Assembly: GCA_964617195.1 (NCBI GenBank)
Contig: CAZTVK010000019.1
Span: 225,019 to 289,018, forward strand
Origin: an uncultured Methanosarcinales archaeon
GTDB taxonomy: Archaea; Nanobdellota; Nanobdellia; Woesearchaeales; ARS49
Direction: 5' to 3'
Length of the DNA: 64,000 nucleotides
A model generated the notes under the pieces. The model was not told where the DNA came from, searched no databases, and saw nothing but the letters and a program-made list of their open reading frames with translations. Positions 29,165 through 39,301 of the stretch are shown one piece after another (the first letter of the stretch is position 1; each line of letters opens with the position of its first letter). A program made the translations under genes and the position numbers.

Positions 29165-29808
29165 CTCACATCGCCTTTGACTGGGACGGCACAATCGCGA
29201 AAAAAGAAGTAGTCGAAGAAGCCAATGTCAGAAGATGCAAAACACTAGACATCTCCATCCCTCTGGAAAAAATGCGCGAAATGCAAAAAACACACGCGCA
29301 CTACGAAATCAACAAAGAAGCAATCAGAAAATACACAGGTGTAACAGATCCACGAATGCAGACAATCATCATGACGAACCTATTCCACCTGCACTACCTC
29401 GGCGTTGTCAATGAGTGGAAACACAAAATATTCTATAGCGGAATGGAAGACGTAATTGAAAAACTCAAAAAACAAGGCACGACAATGTCAATCGTCACAA
29501 CACTCAGAACAGACATCATAGAGCCAACCTTGGAAATGTTCGGCATGCAAAACACGTTCAGCAAAGTATACGGCAACACACCAGATCTGATCTATTCAAA
29601 AGAACAATTGCTCAGACAAGCACTTACGGACTGCGGACAAGTACACCTAATGATAGGAGACAGAGAAGAAGATATGAAAGCAGGCAGAGCAGTCAAAGCA
29701 AAAACGGCATTCGCAAGCTGGGGACACGGAGAACTAACAGACAAAAAACTCGCAGATGTCGTTCTAAAGGCGCCTAAAGATATCTATGCTTTCGCCAAAA
29801 GCTTATAA
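29161..29808 (+). CDS. HAD-superfamily hydrolase (phosphoglycolate phosphatase-like)
   Basis: Motif I FDWDGT, motif II IVT, motif III K, motif IV MIGDREED, WGHG. Confidence 0.85.
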   Translation: MTHIAFDWDGTIAKKEVVEEANVRRCKTLDISIPLEKMREMQKTHAHYEINKEAIRKYTGVTDPRMQTIIMTNLFHLHYLGVVNEWKHKIFYSGMEDVIEKLKKQGTTMSIVTTLRTDIIEPTLEMFGMQNTFSKVYGNTPDLIYSKEQLLRQALTDCGQVHLMIGDREEDMKAGRAVKAKTAFASWGHGELTDKKLADVVLKAPKDIYAFAKSL

Positions 29809-29832
29809 ATTACTTCTAAAACCAGAATAGAG

Positions 29833-31602
29833 ATGAAAAGAACGCACACATGCGGCGAAATCACAAAAAAAGAACTACAAAAAGAAGTAGTGCTCTGCGG
29901 CTGGGTACAAACAAGAAGAGACCACGGAGGCAAAATCTTCGTAGACCTACGCGACAGATACGGAATCACCCAAGCAGTCTTTGACCCATCACACAACAAA
30001 CAAGCACACGAAACAGCACAACACCTAGGCAGAGAATGGGTACTCCAAATAACCGGACACGTCAGACTAAGACCGCAAGGCATGACGAACACAAAAATCG
30101 TAACAGGAGAAGTAGAAGTCCTCTGCGACTCACTAACAGTCCTCAACCAATCAGAAACACCACCATTCGAAATCGAAGACCGAGAAGAAACAAACGAAGA
30201 ATTACGCCTAGAATACAGATACTTAGACCTAAGAAGACAAAGCATGCAAGAAAGATTATTACTACGCCACAACGCAGCACAAGCAGCACGAGAATACCTG
30301 TCATCGCAAAACTTCATGGAAATAGAAACACCAATACTCCAAAGAACAACACCAGGAGGAGCAAGAGTATACAAAGTACCAAGCAGAGCACACCCAGGAA
30401 AATTCTTCGCACTACCAGAATCACCACAAATCTACAAACAACTATTGATGGTAAGCGGATGCGACAGATACTTCCAACTAGCACGATGCCTCCGCGACGA
30501 AGACTTACGAGCAGACAGACAACCAGAATTCACACAAATAGACCTAGAAATGAGCTTTGTAGACGAAAAAGACGTACAAACAATCGTAGAAGGACTCATC
30601 AAACACACATTCAAAAAAGTACTCAACAAAGAAGTGCAAACACCATTCGCCAGAATGACATTCCACGAAGCCATGACCAAATACGGAAGCGACAAACCAG
30701 ACCTGCGCTTTGGGTTAGAGTTTGTTGACGTAACAGACATAGTAAAACACTCCGACTTCGGAATATTCAAATCAGTGGCAGACAAAAAAGGAAAAATATT
30801 CTGCCTAAACGCAAAAGGAGCAGGAAAGTTCACACGCACAGAAATAGAAGAACTAATCGAAATCGCCAAACTATACAAACTCCCAGGACTAGCATGGATG
30901 AAAGTAACAGGAACAAACATGCTCGAAAGCAGCATAGTAAAGTATTTCCAACAAAACATCCAAGCACAACTAATCAACGCAGTAAAAGCACAAGAAGGAG
31001 ACTTATTGCTTTTCGCAGCAGACCAATTCGAAAAAGCAGCAAACGCGCTAGGACAAGTAAGACTACACATCGGCAAAAAACTAGGACTAATCAAAGAAGG
31101 AGAATACAACTTCCTATGGGTAGTAGACTTCCCATTATACGAATGGAACGAAGAAATCAACAGCTGGCAAGCAAGACACCACATCTTCACGCATCCAAAA
31201 GACGAAGACCTAGACAAACTAGAAACAGCACCAGGAGAAGTCAGAGCAAAAGCATACGACTGCATCCTGAACGGAGTAGAACTAGGAGGCGGAAGCATCA
31301 GAATCCACAGAAAAGACGTACAAGCACGCGTATTACACGTTATTGGTCTCGAATATGAAGAAGCAGAAAAAAGATTCGACTTCCTAATGAGAGCCTTCAA
31401 ATACGGCGCGCCACCACACGGCGGAATAGCAATCGGATTCGACAGATTCGTAGCACTAATGTGCGGACTAAATGATATCAGAGAAGCAATCGCGTTCCCA
31501 AGAAACAAAGCATCAGAAAACCCGCTAGACGGCAGCCCACAAGACTGGACAGAAGAATTTTTGAAAGAACTACGAATGAAACTGGACATTGTTAAAAAAT
31601 AA
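29833..31602 (+). CDS. aspS: Aspartate--tRNA(Asp/Asn) ligase, bacterial type
   Basis: 589 aa. MKRTHTCG, RRDHGG.IFVDLRD, RLEYRYLDLRR, DEDLRADRQPEFTQIDLEMSF, GAD-domain insertion, ELGGGSIRIH, YGAPPHGG. Confidence 0.95.
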   Translation: MKRTHTCGEITKKELQKEVVLCGWVQTRRDHGGKIFVDLRDRYGITQAVFDPSHNKQAHETAQHLGREWVLQITGHVRLRPQGMTNTKIVTGEVEVLCDSLTVLNQSETPPFEIEDREETNEELRLEYRYLDLRRQSMQERLLLRHNAAQAAREYLSSQNFMEIETPILQRTTPGGARVYKVPSRAHPGKFFALPESPQIYKQLLMVSGCDRYFQLARCLRDEDLRADRQPEFTQIDLEMSFVDEKDVQTIVEGLIKHTFKKVLNKEVQTPFARMTFHEAMTKYGSDKPDLRFGLEFVDVTDIVKHSDFGIFKSVADKKGKIFCLNAKGAGKFTRTEIEELIEIAKLYKLPGLAWMKVTGTNMLESSIVKYFQQNIQAQLINAVKAQEGDLLLFAADQFEKAANALGQVRLHIGKKLGLIKEGEYNFLWVVDFPLYEWNEEINSWQARHHIFTHPKDEDLDKLETAPGEVRAKAYDCILNGVELGGGSIRIHRKDVQARVLHVIGLEYEEAEKRFDFLMRAFKYGAPPHGGIAIGFDRFVALMCGLNDIREAIAFPRNKASENPLDGSPQDWTEEFLKELRMKLDIVKK

Positions 31603-31665
31603 TAGGTTTTGCAATTATAACAAGGGGGCCTTAACGCCCGGCCCCCTTTGGAACCCCCGACGCTC

Positions 31666-31950
31666 ATGGACATAACCCCAGAACTAGTAAAAAGAGTAGC
31701 TGCAAACGCACGGCTGAATCTGAAAGACACAGAACTCAAACAGTTCGCAACAGAAATGAAAGAAATTCTCGCAACATTCGAAAAACTCGCAGAAGTCAAA
31801 ACAGACAATATAGAGCCAAGCTTCCACCCAATACCTGTAAAGAATGTCGTACGCGAAGACAAACCAGGAAAATGCCTTGACAGAGAAGAAGCACTAGCTC
31901 TCACGCCCCACAAAAAAGACAAATACTTCAGAGGGCCAAAAACAATATGA
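31666..31950 (+). CDS. gatC: Asp/Glu-tRNA amidotransferase subunit C
   Basis: VKRVAANARL...REDKP...YFRGPK, directly upstream of gatA. Confidence 0.9.
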   Translation: MDITPELVKRVAANARLNLKDTELKQFATEMKEILATFEKLAEVKTDNIEPSFHPIPVKNVVREDKPGKCLDREEALALTPHKKDKYFRGPKTI

Positions 31951-33353
31951 TAAAACAATTCGTCAAAGACGCAATCTCAGGAAAAATAAACATAGTAGAA
32001 CACACAGAAAAAGCAATAGAGGAAGCAGAAAAAATCAACAAAGAATACAAGTATGTCACAGCATGGGCCGACGCAGTTGAACGAGCAAAAGAATTGCAAG
32101 AACAAGTCAAAAACGGAACAGCACACGGAAGACTATTCGGAGTCCTAATTTCTGTCAAGGACAACATCTGCGTCAAAGGAGTAGAAAGCACAGCAAGCAG
32201 CGCCATACTGAAAGGCTACAAACCAGTATTCAACGCAACAGTAATCGAAAAATGCCTGCGCGAAGGAGCAATAATACTCGGCAAAACAGTCCAAGACGAA
32301 TTCGGATTCGGAGGATTTGCAGTCAATGTAGGCAAAGGCTTTGAAAAACCGTTAAACCCAATAGACAAGAAAAGAACAACAGGCGGAAGCTCAGGAGGAG
32401 CAGCAGGACTCACAAAAAAAGCAACATTCCCACACCTAGCATTATCAGAAAGCACAGGAGGAAGCATAGTCGACCCAGCATCATTCTGCGGAGTAGTCGG
32501 CATCTGCCCAACCTACGGACGCGTCTCACGATACGGACTCATCGACTACGCAAACAGCCTGGACAAAATCGGAACAATGGGACTAACAGTAGACGACGCA
32601 GCGCTGTTGCTAGAAATAATCTCAGGACACGACGCAAAAGACAGCACATCAGCAGAAATCCCAGTACACCCACTAGACACGGCCGGAGCAATAAACGGAC
32701 TAAAAATAGGAATAGTCACGGAAGCATTCGAGGGAGTGGACGCTAACGTCAGAAAAGCAGTAATGGAAGCAATCTACAAACTAGAACAAAAAGGAGCACG
32801 AAGAATAGAAATTTCACTTCCAATCTCAATGAAATACGGACTCGCAGCATACTACACTTTAGCCATGACAGAAGCAAGCACCAACCTCGCAAAATACTGC
32901 GGACTACGCTACGGAGCAACAGACCAACTAACAGGAACATACAACGAATACTTCACACGCGTAAGAACCAACAATTTCGGAGAAGAAGCAAAAAGAAGAC
33001 TATTGCTAGGAACATTCGCCAGAATGGCAGGATACCGCGATGCATTCTACAAAAAAGCAGCACAAGTCAGAACCTTAATACTCAAAGAATACGCTGAAGC
33101 GTTCAAAAAAGTCGACGTTTTGATAACGCCAACAATGCCAATCGTCGCGCCAACATTCGACGAAATCAAAAAACTAACACCACTCCAGAATTACCTGATG
33201 GACATTCTTACTGTTTCTCCAAATCTTGCAGGACTGCCGCACATTACAATACCATGCGGTCAACACAACAACCTGCCAATCGGCCTGATGATAACCGGAC
33301 CACACTTCGCAGAACAAAAAATAATACAGGTAGCAAAAGCACATGGAAACTGA
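31947..33353 (+). CDS. gatA: Asp/Glu-tRNA amidotransferase subunit A
   Basis: Amidase signature VKDNI, GGSSGG, ESTGGSI..PASFCG, PTYGRVSRYGL, FGEEAKRR. Confidence 0.93.
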   Translation: MIKQFVKDAISGKINIVEHTEKAIEEAEKINKEYKYVTAWADAVERAKELQEQVKNGTAHGRLFGVLISVKDNICVKGVESTASSAILKGYKPVFNATVIEKCLREGAIILGKTVQDEFGFGGFAVNVGKGFEKPLNPIDKKRTTGGSSGGAAGLTKKATFPHLALSESTGGSIVDPASFCGVVGICPTYGRVSRYGLIDYANSLDKIGTMGLTVDDAALLLEIISGHDAKDSTSAEIPVHPLDTAGAINGLKIGIVTEAFEGVDANVRKAVMEAIYKLEQKGARRIEISLPISMKYGLAAYYTLAMTEASTNLAKYCGLRYGATDQLTGTYNEYFTRVRTNNFGEEAKRRLLLGTFARMAGYRDAFYKKAAQVRTLILKEYAEAFKKVDVLITPTMPIVAPTFDEIKKLTPLQNYLMDILTVSPNLAGLPHITIPCGQHNNLPIGLMITGPHFAEQKIIQVAKAHGN

Positions 33354-34716
33354 TATTATAATAGGACTAGAAATTCACGTACAGCTCAAAACAGCCACAA
33401 AACTATTCTGCAGCTGCCCAACAGAATCAGCAGAGCCAAACACGGCAATCTGCCCAACCTGCCTAGGACACCCAGGAAGCAAACCAACACTAAACGCAAA
33501 AGCACTAGAGTACGGCACAAAACTCGCGCTATCACTCGGCTGCACAATCGCGCCAACAGTAGTCTTTTCCAGAAAAACATACTTCTACCCAGACCTAGTC
33601 AAAAACTTCCAAATAACACAATACGAAGTTCCACTCGGCAGCAACGGACAAATAGTGCTGGAAAACAAAAAACTCATCACAATACAACGAGTCCACATAG
33701 AAGAAGACCCAGGAGCATTAATCCACGAAGCAGGAAGCTCACTTATTGATTATAATCGAAGCGGCATACCATTATGCGAGATTGTAACTTTGCCAGACAT
33801 GAGCTCTCCAGCAGAAGCACGCGAGTTCATGAAAAAACTACTGAACGTGCTCGGATATCTAGGAATATTTGACCAGAACACCTGCGTCATAAAAGCAGAC
33901 GCAAACGTCTCAATCAAAGAAAAAGGCTACACGAGAGTAGAAATCAAAAACATCACAGGATTCAAAGAAATAGAACGCGCACTAAACTACGAAGTTCAAA
34001 GACAAAAACAACAAGACGTCAAAAGAGAAACAAGAGGATGGGACGCAGACAAAGGAACAACATATCATTTGCGAAGCAAAGAAACAGAAGAAGACTACGG
34101 CTACATCGTAGAACCAGACTTGCCATTATTCGAAATCTCGCAAGATTGGATACGAAAAATACAAGCAACAATCCCAGAACTCGCAGAACAACGCGCACTA
34201 CGCTGGATGAAAGACTGGAAAATAGACCAAGACGACGCCAGAATAATCGCTTCAGATTTAGACGTCGCAGTACTGTTTGAAACAATCGCGAAAAAAACAG
34301 ATCCAATACTGACAGCACGCTGGATCAGAAGAGAAGTACTCAGACTATTGAACGACAAGAAAAAAGAATTACGAGAAACAGCGTTTGACGTGGAAGGACT
34401 AACTGAACTATTGCAATTATTCGCAGACAAAAAAATAAACAACAGAGTAGCCCAGCGCCTCATAGAACAGCTTGCTGACAAGAAATTCTCACCAGCAGCA
34501 TACGTCAAAGAACAGAATTTAACGATGGTCGCAGATGAAGGTGCACTAGAAGCTGCCTGCAAAGACGCAATCGCGAAAAATCCAAAAGCAGTTGAAGACT
34601 ACAAGAAAGGAGAGCAGAAATCGATTATGTTCTTGGTTGGACAGGTTATGAAGCAGACCAAAGGAACAGCATCAGCGCAAGTGATTCAGGAATTGTTGAA
34701 ATCGCTTCTGAAGTAG
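33343..34716 (+). CDS. gatB: Asp/Glu-tRNA amidotransferase subunit B
   Basis: IGLEIHVQL, KLFC, FSRKTYFYPDL, HIEEDPG, DYNRSGIPLCEIVT, RSKE..EDY, C-terminal Yqey domain. Confidence 0.95.
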   Translation: METDIIIGLEIHVQLKTATKLFCSCPTESAEPNTAICPTCLGHPGSKPTLNAKALEYGTKLALSLGCTIAPTVVFSRKTYFYPDLVKNFQITQYEVPLGSNGQIVLENKKLITIQRVHIEEDPGALIHEAGSSLIDYNRSGIPLCEIVTLPDMSSPAEAREFMKKLLNVLGYLGIFDQNTCVIKADANVSIKEKGYTRVEIKNITGFKEIERALNYEVQRQKQQDVKRETRGWDADKGTTYHLRSKETEEDYGYIVEPDLPLFEISQDWIRKIQATIPELAEQRALRWMKDWKIDQDDARIIASDLDVAVLFETIAKKTDPILTARWIRREVLRLLNDKKKELRETAFDVEGLTELLQLFADKKINNRVAQRLIEQLADKKFSPAAYVKEQNLTMVADEGALEAACKDAIAKNPKAVEDYKKGEQKSIMFLVGQVMKQTKGTASAQVIQELLKSLLK

Positions 34717-34753
34717 AATAAATCTTATATAGTGGATTATCTTCTAAAATTCT

Positions 34754-35230
34754 ATGGGAGAACTTGAAGAACTGATAGAAAAACTTCAAACAGAAGAAGG
34801 AAAAATCGCAGCAATTGTCGATGCTGTTGAACGTAAGCTGATTACCAATCCAGATTATATTGAGCGCACATTCCAATTTTATGTGAATTTAGGGATAACT
34901 GACCAGTACAGTGCAATTGATGGACTGAAGAAGCTTGATTTACCGCAATATTCAGAAAGAATTATTGATGCTTTAGAAAACATGAAAGAATATGTAGAAG
35001 CTGCAGAATTCGCCCAAAAAAACGGATTTCTTGAGCGAGCTATAATTAACTATGAACGTTCAGGCAACTTTGTTTTCGCAGCGAAAAACTGTGAAGAACA
35101 CGCCATGCAAATAAAAGCTGAAAATCCTGATGAAGCCATCAAATACTCCGTGAAAGCTGAAAATTATCTTGAACTCGCAAAAGCACTTGGCCACGAAAAA
35201 GTCATAGCTCTTTTTGAAGAGAAGCGCTAG
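34754..35230 (+). CDS. Hypothetical helical (TPR-like) protein
   Basis: EAAEFA...FLERAIINYERSGNFVFAAK helical-repeat pattern. More T-ending codons than its neighbours. Confidence 0.6.
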   Translation: MGELEELIEKLQTEEGKIAAIVDAVERKLITNPDYIERTFQFYVNLGITDQYSAIDGLKKLDLPQYSERIIDALENMKEYVEAAEFAQKNGFLERAIINYERSGNFVFAAKNCEEHAMQIKAENPDEAIKYSVKAENYLELAKALGHEKVIALFEEKR

Positions 35231-36429
35231 TTCTGGAACAAATTATCCAGTTCAGAATGCAATCTTGACTCGAAATCAGCGTTTCTCTCGCCTTCCAACT
35301 TCTCAGAAGACAACGAATGCATCAGTTTCTTGGCAAGCTCAACATCATCCGCAGAGAATTTGAACTGAGAAGCATGCTGTTGCAACAATGAATGCTCAAC
35401 CTCCTCAACATTAGCCTCCTTCACCATAATAACTTCCAAATCCTTGCTAGTAAAGGCATTCGTATTCTTCATCACAAAATAAGCCTTCCTAGCGTAAACC
35501 TCATGGAAAACATCATTCCAACGAACATCAGCAGGCCTGCCCTGACGCAAACAACCAGAAACACGAACAGCCACAATAGAATTAGCCAGACTATACTTGC
35601 CAAGCTCAATCATAATCAACGCCTCAACCTCAGAAGGAGTCTTACCGTCAGCATCAACAGAAACGCACACAGCAGGATGCACAACAAGAGGAACATGCAA
35701 CACGTTCCCATTCTCCACAATCACAAAACTACCATGCTTCAACTTCTCAACCTCAGAAAAATTATTAGGAAAAATAGGACCAGGGTAAACAATGTTCTTG
35801 TACTTGCCAATAGTTTGCTTATCAACCACGTGCACATGACCGCCAGCATAATAATCAAAACCAGCAGGCATCAATGAAACAGCCATCGCGTCCATCTGCT
35901 CCAAATCCTTAGGCTTCAACTCAGCCAAAGCACTATGAAACATGAAAATTTTGAAACCAGGCTCACTCTCAAGATGCTCTTTAGCCAAATGATAATAATA
36001 TCCCTTCTCAAGACCGCCCTTCTTGCCAAGCATACCAGTAATCTTAACACCAGTCTTCTGATCAACAGTAAAATGCAATTTGATTTTGTTATCAGGAGTT
36101 TCCTCACCACGCGCAACATTAACCGCAAGACCAGCATGCTCAAGAACATCCAACATGGTCTTGCCACTAGGACTAAAATCATGACTGCCGGCAATATAAT
36201 ACACAGGAATCCCAGCATCCTTAACTTTCTTCAACTGCTCAACAGCCATCTTCAAACTATCAATGCCTGGCACAGCAGTATTAAACAAATCACCAGAGAT
36301 GAGAATAAAATCCACTTTTCCAGCAAGACATTTTTCAATCGCCATTATGAAACTCTTGCTATTCGCATCACGCAGCCGAGGCTCACGCCAACCACCAATA
36401 TGACAATCAGACAAATGAGCGAACTTCAT
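35227..36429 (-). CDS. mre11: DNA double-strand break repair nuclease Mre11
   Basis: Metallophosphoesterase motifs SDCHIG, SGDLF, GSHD, MFH, GGHVH. Coupled to herA. Confidence 0.88.
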   Translation of the reverse strand: MKFAHLSDCHIGGWREPRLRDANSKSFIMAIEKCLAGKVDFILISGDLFNTAVPGIDSLKMAVEQLKKVKDAGIPVYYIAGSHDFSPSGKTMLDVLEHAGLAVNVARGEETPDNKIKLHFTVDQKTGVKITGMLGKKGGLEKGYYYHLAKEHLESEPGFKIFMFHSALAELKPKDLEQMDAMAVSLMPAGFDYYAGGHVHVVDKQTIGKYKNIVYPGPIFPNNFSEVEKLKHGSFVIVENGNVLHVPLVVHPAVCVSVDADGKTPSEVEALIMIELGKYSLANSIVAVRVSGCLRQGRPADVRWNDVFHEVYARKAYFVMKNTNAFTSKDLEVIMVKEANVEEVEHSLLQQHASQFKFSADDVELAKKLMHSLSSEKLEGERNADFESRLHSELDNLFQN

Positions 36430-37925
36430 AACTTCAACCCAGCAAAACTCTGACGAGGCTTACTTACAACTTTATGTTCTTCATGCAAAATCTTGATAGG
36501 CGTGGCAAAACTCAAGAAATTACTCGTCACAATAGCCTCGCCCTTATCCAAACTCGCAATCATACGATCATCACTTGACAAGTCCTGCGCAGCACTCTCA
36601 ATAATGGCCTGACGCTCAGGCTTCAACTCAATACCAAGAATAATTTTCGTATTAATATTAGCAAGAACTTCCCTTGGAATCAAAGAAGGCAACTGCGTAA
36701 TCGCAATCAAGCCAACATTAAACTTTCGACCTTCACGCGCAACAGTAGAAAACACATTCGGACCTCTCTCCAACACGTCCTTGCCAAGAACACGAGGAGC
36801 CTCCTCCAAAACAATACTCACAACAGGCTTGCTCTTCATCTCATGCAAAGAATAAGTCTTATGCCGCTCCAAAACCATATGCGCAATCATGCTGCCAATC
36901 AAAATCTCAACATTACCATAAAAAGAACTCGTGTCCATGACAACAGTCTTTCCCGACTCAAGCGCATTCACAATATCAGGAACAGTAGTCTGGCCAGCAC
37001 TAGTATCAAACACGCCATGACAAGAAATATTCTTCTCATCATCAACATCCAAACGCAACAACTGCATTAAAGTACGCTTGACAACAGCCAAAGTCCCCTC
37101 GTGAAACTGCTGGCGCAACTCATGCTCCCGCAAAACAGCCTCAACCCAAGAATCCTTGTAAGCCTGATAATACGCAGTCAGGGCCTGACGCTGAGCATCA
37201 GTCCACTCAACAGCACCATCAAAATGACGCGGATTAAGCTGGCCAAGATGAACCTTCAAAGTCCTTCCACCCGGAGGAGGATTATACGGAGTATAGTAAA
37301 CAATCTGTTCACGCGCACCAGGATGCTTCTGCAATTTCTCATAATACTCATCATGAGGGTCAAGCACCAGCATAGCGCAATAATCCTTGTCAAGAGCATC
37401 CCACAACAAATTAGTCATCAACACGCTCTTGCCACGACCAGTCGTGCCAGCAATCAGAATATGATGGCTTAAAGCCAACCTGCCATCAACCGAAACAGGA
37501 ACCTCCAACACCTTAGAACCACTCCTCAGCTTACCAAGAAATAACGGATTGTGAGGAGTCGTGATAAAAGAAACATCACTTGCCTGAATTTCGCGAACCT
37601 TACTAAAAAAGGTAGGCAGGGTCTTAGCAGAACGCGCATTCTTTCCAGAAATAAAAGCCAAATTCTTCAAACGAGCAAGCACATAAGTTCGCAATTTAGC
37701 ATCCATCAGCTCTAACTTCTCATCCTCCTCCAATTTCAAACCAGAAATAAGCTCAAGATGCTGCTGGGTCAACTGAGAACCATATAACAAATCAAAAGCC
37801 TGCAATAACATCTGTCCATTCGATGTATCAGCAATCAGAAGCTCACCTAACTCCAACGCCTGCTCGTTCTTCTGGCGGACGAGAATATTTCCAAACTCTC
37901 CCCCAATAATCAACCCTTTAGTCAC
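36426..37925 (-). CDS. herA: HerA helicase/translocase
   Basis: N-terminal HAS barrel, [40 protein letters not shown]. Confidence 0.88.
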   Translation of the reverse strand: MTKGLIIGGEFGNILVRQKNEQALELGELLIADTSNGQMLLQAFDLLYGSQLTQQHLELISGLKLEEDEKLELMDAKLRTYVLARLKNLAFISGKNARSAKTLPTFFSKVREIQASDVSFITTPHNPLFLGKLRSGSKVLEVPVSVDGRLALSHHILIAGTTGRGKSVLMTNLLWDALDKDYCAMLVLDPHDEYYEKLQKHPGAREQIVYYTPYNPPPGGRTLKVHLGQLNPRHFDGAVEWTDAQRQALTAYYQAYKDSWVEAVLREHELRQQFHEGTLAVVKRTLMQLLRLDVDDEKNISCHGVFDTSAGQTTVPDIVNALESGKTVVMDTSSFYGNVEILIGSMIAHMVLERHKTYSLHEMKSKPVVSIVLEEAPRVLGKDVLERGPNVFSTVAREGRKFNVGLIAITQLPSLIPREVLANINTKIILGIELKPERQAIIESAAQDLSSDDRMIASLDKGEAIVTSNFLSFATPIKILHEEHKVVSKPRQSFAGLKL

Positions 37926-38013
37926 AATAAAAACTGGTTTTCAGCACTATATATTATTTGCGCGACTGGAAAATAGATTTAATAAAAGAAAAAGATAGAA
38001 AGAAAAAAATAAT

Positions 38014-38247
38014 TTATCTGCGGCCGCCGCGTGCCATCTTTGCACGTGAAACATCGCCTGCCTTGTCGACAAAGTACAAGAATCCTGATTGCTTCTTTAC
38101 GCCGACTTTTGAAACTTTTTCAACTTTGCCAGCTTTTCCTTTTCGACCGCGTGCCATCTTTGCCCTGGAAACATCTCCTGCTTTGTCTACAAAGTATAGA
38201 TAGCCTGTTGCTTTCTTTACGCCAACTTTTGCTACTTTTTCTGCCAT
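38014..38247 (-). CDS. Small basic protein made of two ~40-aa tandem repeats
   Basis: MAEKVAKVGVKKATGYLYFVDKAGDVSRAKMARG / KVEKVSKVGVKKQSGFLYFVDKAGDVSRAKMARG. GGAGG SD upstream; the repeat copies differ at synonymous positions. Confidence 0.85.
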   Translation of the reverse strand: MAEKVAKVGVKKATGYLYFVDKAGDVSRAKMARGRKGKAGKVEKVSKVGVKKQSGFLYFVDKAGDVSRAKMARGGRR

Positions 38248-38342
38248 TTTGTTTTCCTCCGTCTTTTTTAAGAAGGTCTTAGAAAATAACCTTCCCCCGT
38301 CGATATTCTTTATCTGACTATTTTTAGAAAAACGCCTGATGT

Positions 38343-38552
38343 TTATAAAGTTTTCTTTTTTCTCGTCGGTAAACTCGCTTTTTTGTCGAGTTTCTCGTCG
38401 TGAACGAACCATTGAGGCTTAAGCAATTTTCTCAATTTCTCCGCCTGCTCAAGCCCGTCCTTATAGATAGCAGTGATTTCTTCTCTAGTTGGAACTGGAA
38501 TTTTTTCCAATTCTTTCGCCCGTTCCATCGCTTTACGCACTTCTTTTTTCAT
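38343..38552 (-). CDS. Small hypothetical charged protein
   Basis: 69-aa ATG-started ORF with a TATA-like element ~25 nt upstream (38575-38585). No recognisable motif. Confidence 0.4.
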   Translation of the reverse strand: MKKEVRKAMERAKELEKIPVPTREEITAIYKDGLEQAEKLRKLLKPQWFVHDEKLDKKASLPTRKKKTL

Positions 38553-38670
38553 TTGAGTTGTTTAGACGCTATAATCTTATAAATTTATCGAAGCTAACAC
38601 CTCTTAACTCAACGAAAACTATATATACTACGCCGTAGGCTAAATTAATGTAACAAAAAAGGTGGGTTTG

Positions 38671-39300
38671 ATGCTGCAAAAAATAAAAAAATTCTTCACA
38701 AATTTCTTTGGCGGAACAAAACAAAACTTCAAACTCGGACTTTACGGACCACCAAACTCCGGCAAGACAACACTCGCAAACAAAATATGCATTGATTGGA
38801 CAGGAAAAGAAATGGGCAAAGTGAGTCCAGTAGCCCACGAAACTAGAGAAATCGGAGTAAAAGAAAACGTCACCATCAAAAGTAAAGATGGAAAAGAACT
38901 CATGTTCTCACTTATCGACACGCCTGGCATCGCAACAAAAATCGACTATGAGGACTTCATGAAAGCAGGAATGTCAGCAGGCCAGGCAAAAAAAAGAGCA
39001 AGAGAAGCAACAAAAGGAGTCATCGAAAGCATCAAATGGCTTGACGAAGTAGACACAGTAATGGTCGTGCTTGACGGCACACAAGACCCATACTCACAAG
39101 TAAATGTCACGATCATCGGCAACCTGCAGGCAAGAAACATACCAGTGCTCATCGTGGCAAATAAAGCAGACCTGAGAAAGTGCAAAGTCAAAAAAGTCCA
39201 ATCAGCTTTCCCACAATACGAAGTTCTAGGAGTAAGCGCCAAATACGGCAAAAATATCGACAAATTATACGAAAAACTATTCGAGCTCGCGAGAAAATAA
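38671..39300 (+). CDS. Era-like small GTPase (OapA/ArvA family)
   Basis: G1 GPPNSGKTT, G2 HETR, G3 DTPG, G4 ANKAD, G5 SAK; family motifs RAREATKGVIESIKWL and DPYSQVN. Confidence 0.88.
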   Translation: MLQKIKKFFTNFFGGTKQNFKLGLYGPPNSGKTTLANKICIDWTGKEMGKVSPVAHETREIGVKENVTIKSKDGKELMFSLIDTPGIATKIDYEDFMKAGMSAGQAKKRAREATKGVIESIKWLDEVDTVMVVLDGTQDPYSQVNVTIIGNLQARNIPVLIVANKADLRKCKVKKVQSAFPQYEVLGVSAKYGKNIDKLYEKLFELARK

Positions 39301-39301
39301 A

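Noticed and set aside
30432..31958. 508-aa antisense ORF over aspS/gatC, and similar long shadow ORFs (228-902, 2345-3421, 9826-10575, 21588-22613, 30036-30728)
   Set aside because: They overlap well-supported genes, have no motifs, and are expected from the biased codon usage.
36426..37925. HerA as an anti-phage (Sir2/DUF4297-HerA) or conjugative VirB4/CedB ATPase
   Set aside because: It is translationally coupled to mre11 and has the HAS-barrel architecture of the housekeeping repair enzyme.
38027..38240. 120-nt direct repeat as CRISPR or mobile-element repeat
   Set aside because: Only two copies, in frame within a protein, with synonymous differences; it is a domain duplication.
38250..38670. 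Possible replication origin beside the oapABC operon
   Set aside because: No cdc6/orc1 gene, no recognisable ORB boxes with G-strings, and the strand skew has the same sign on both sides.
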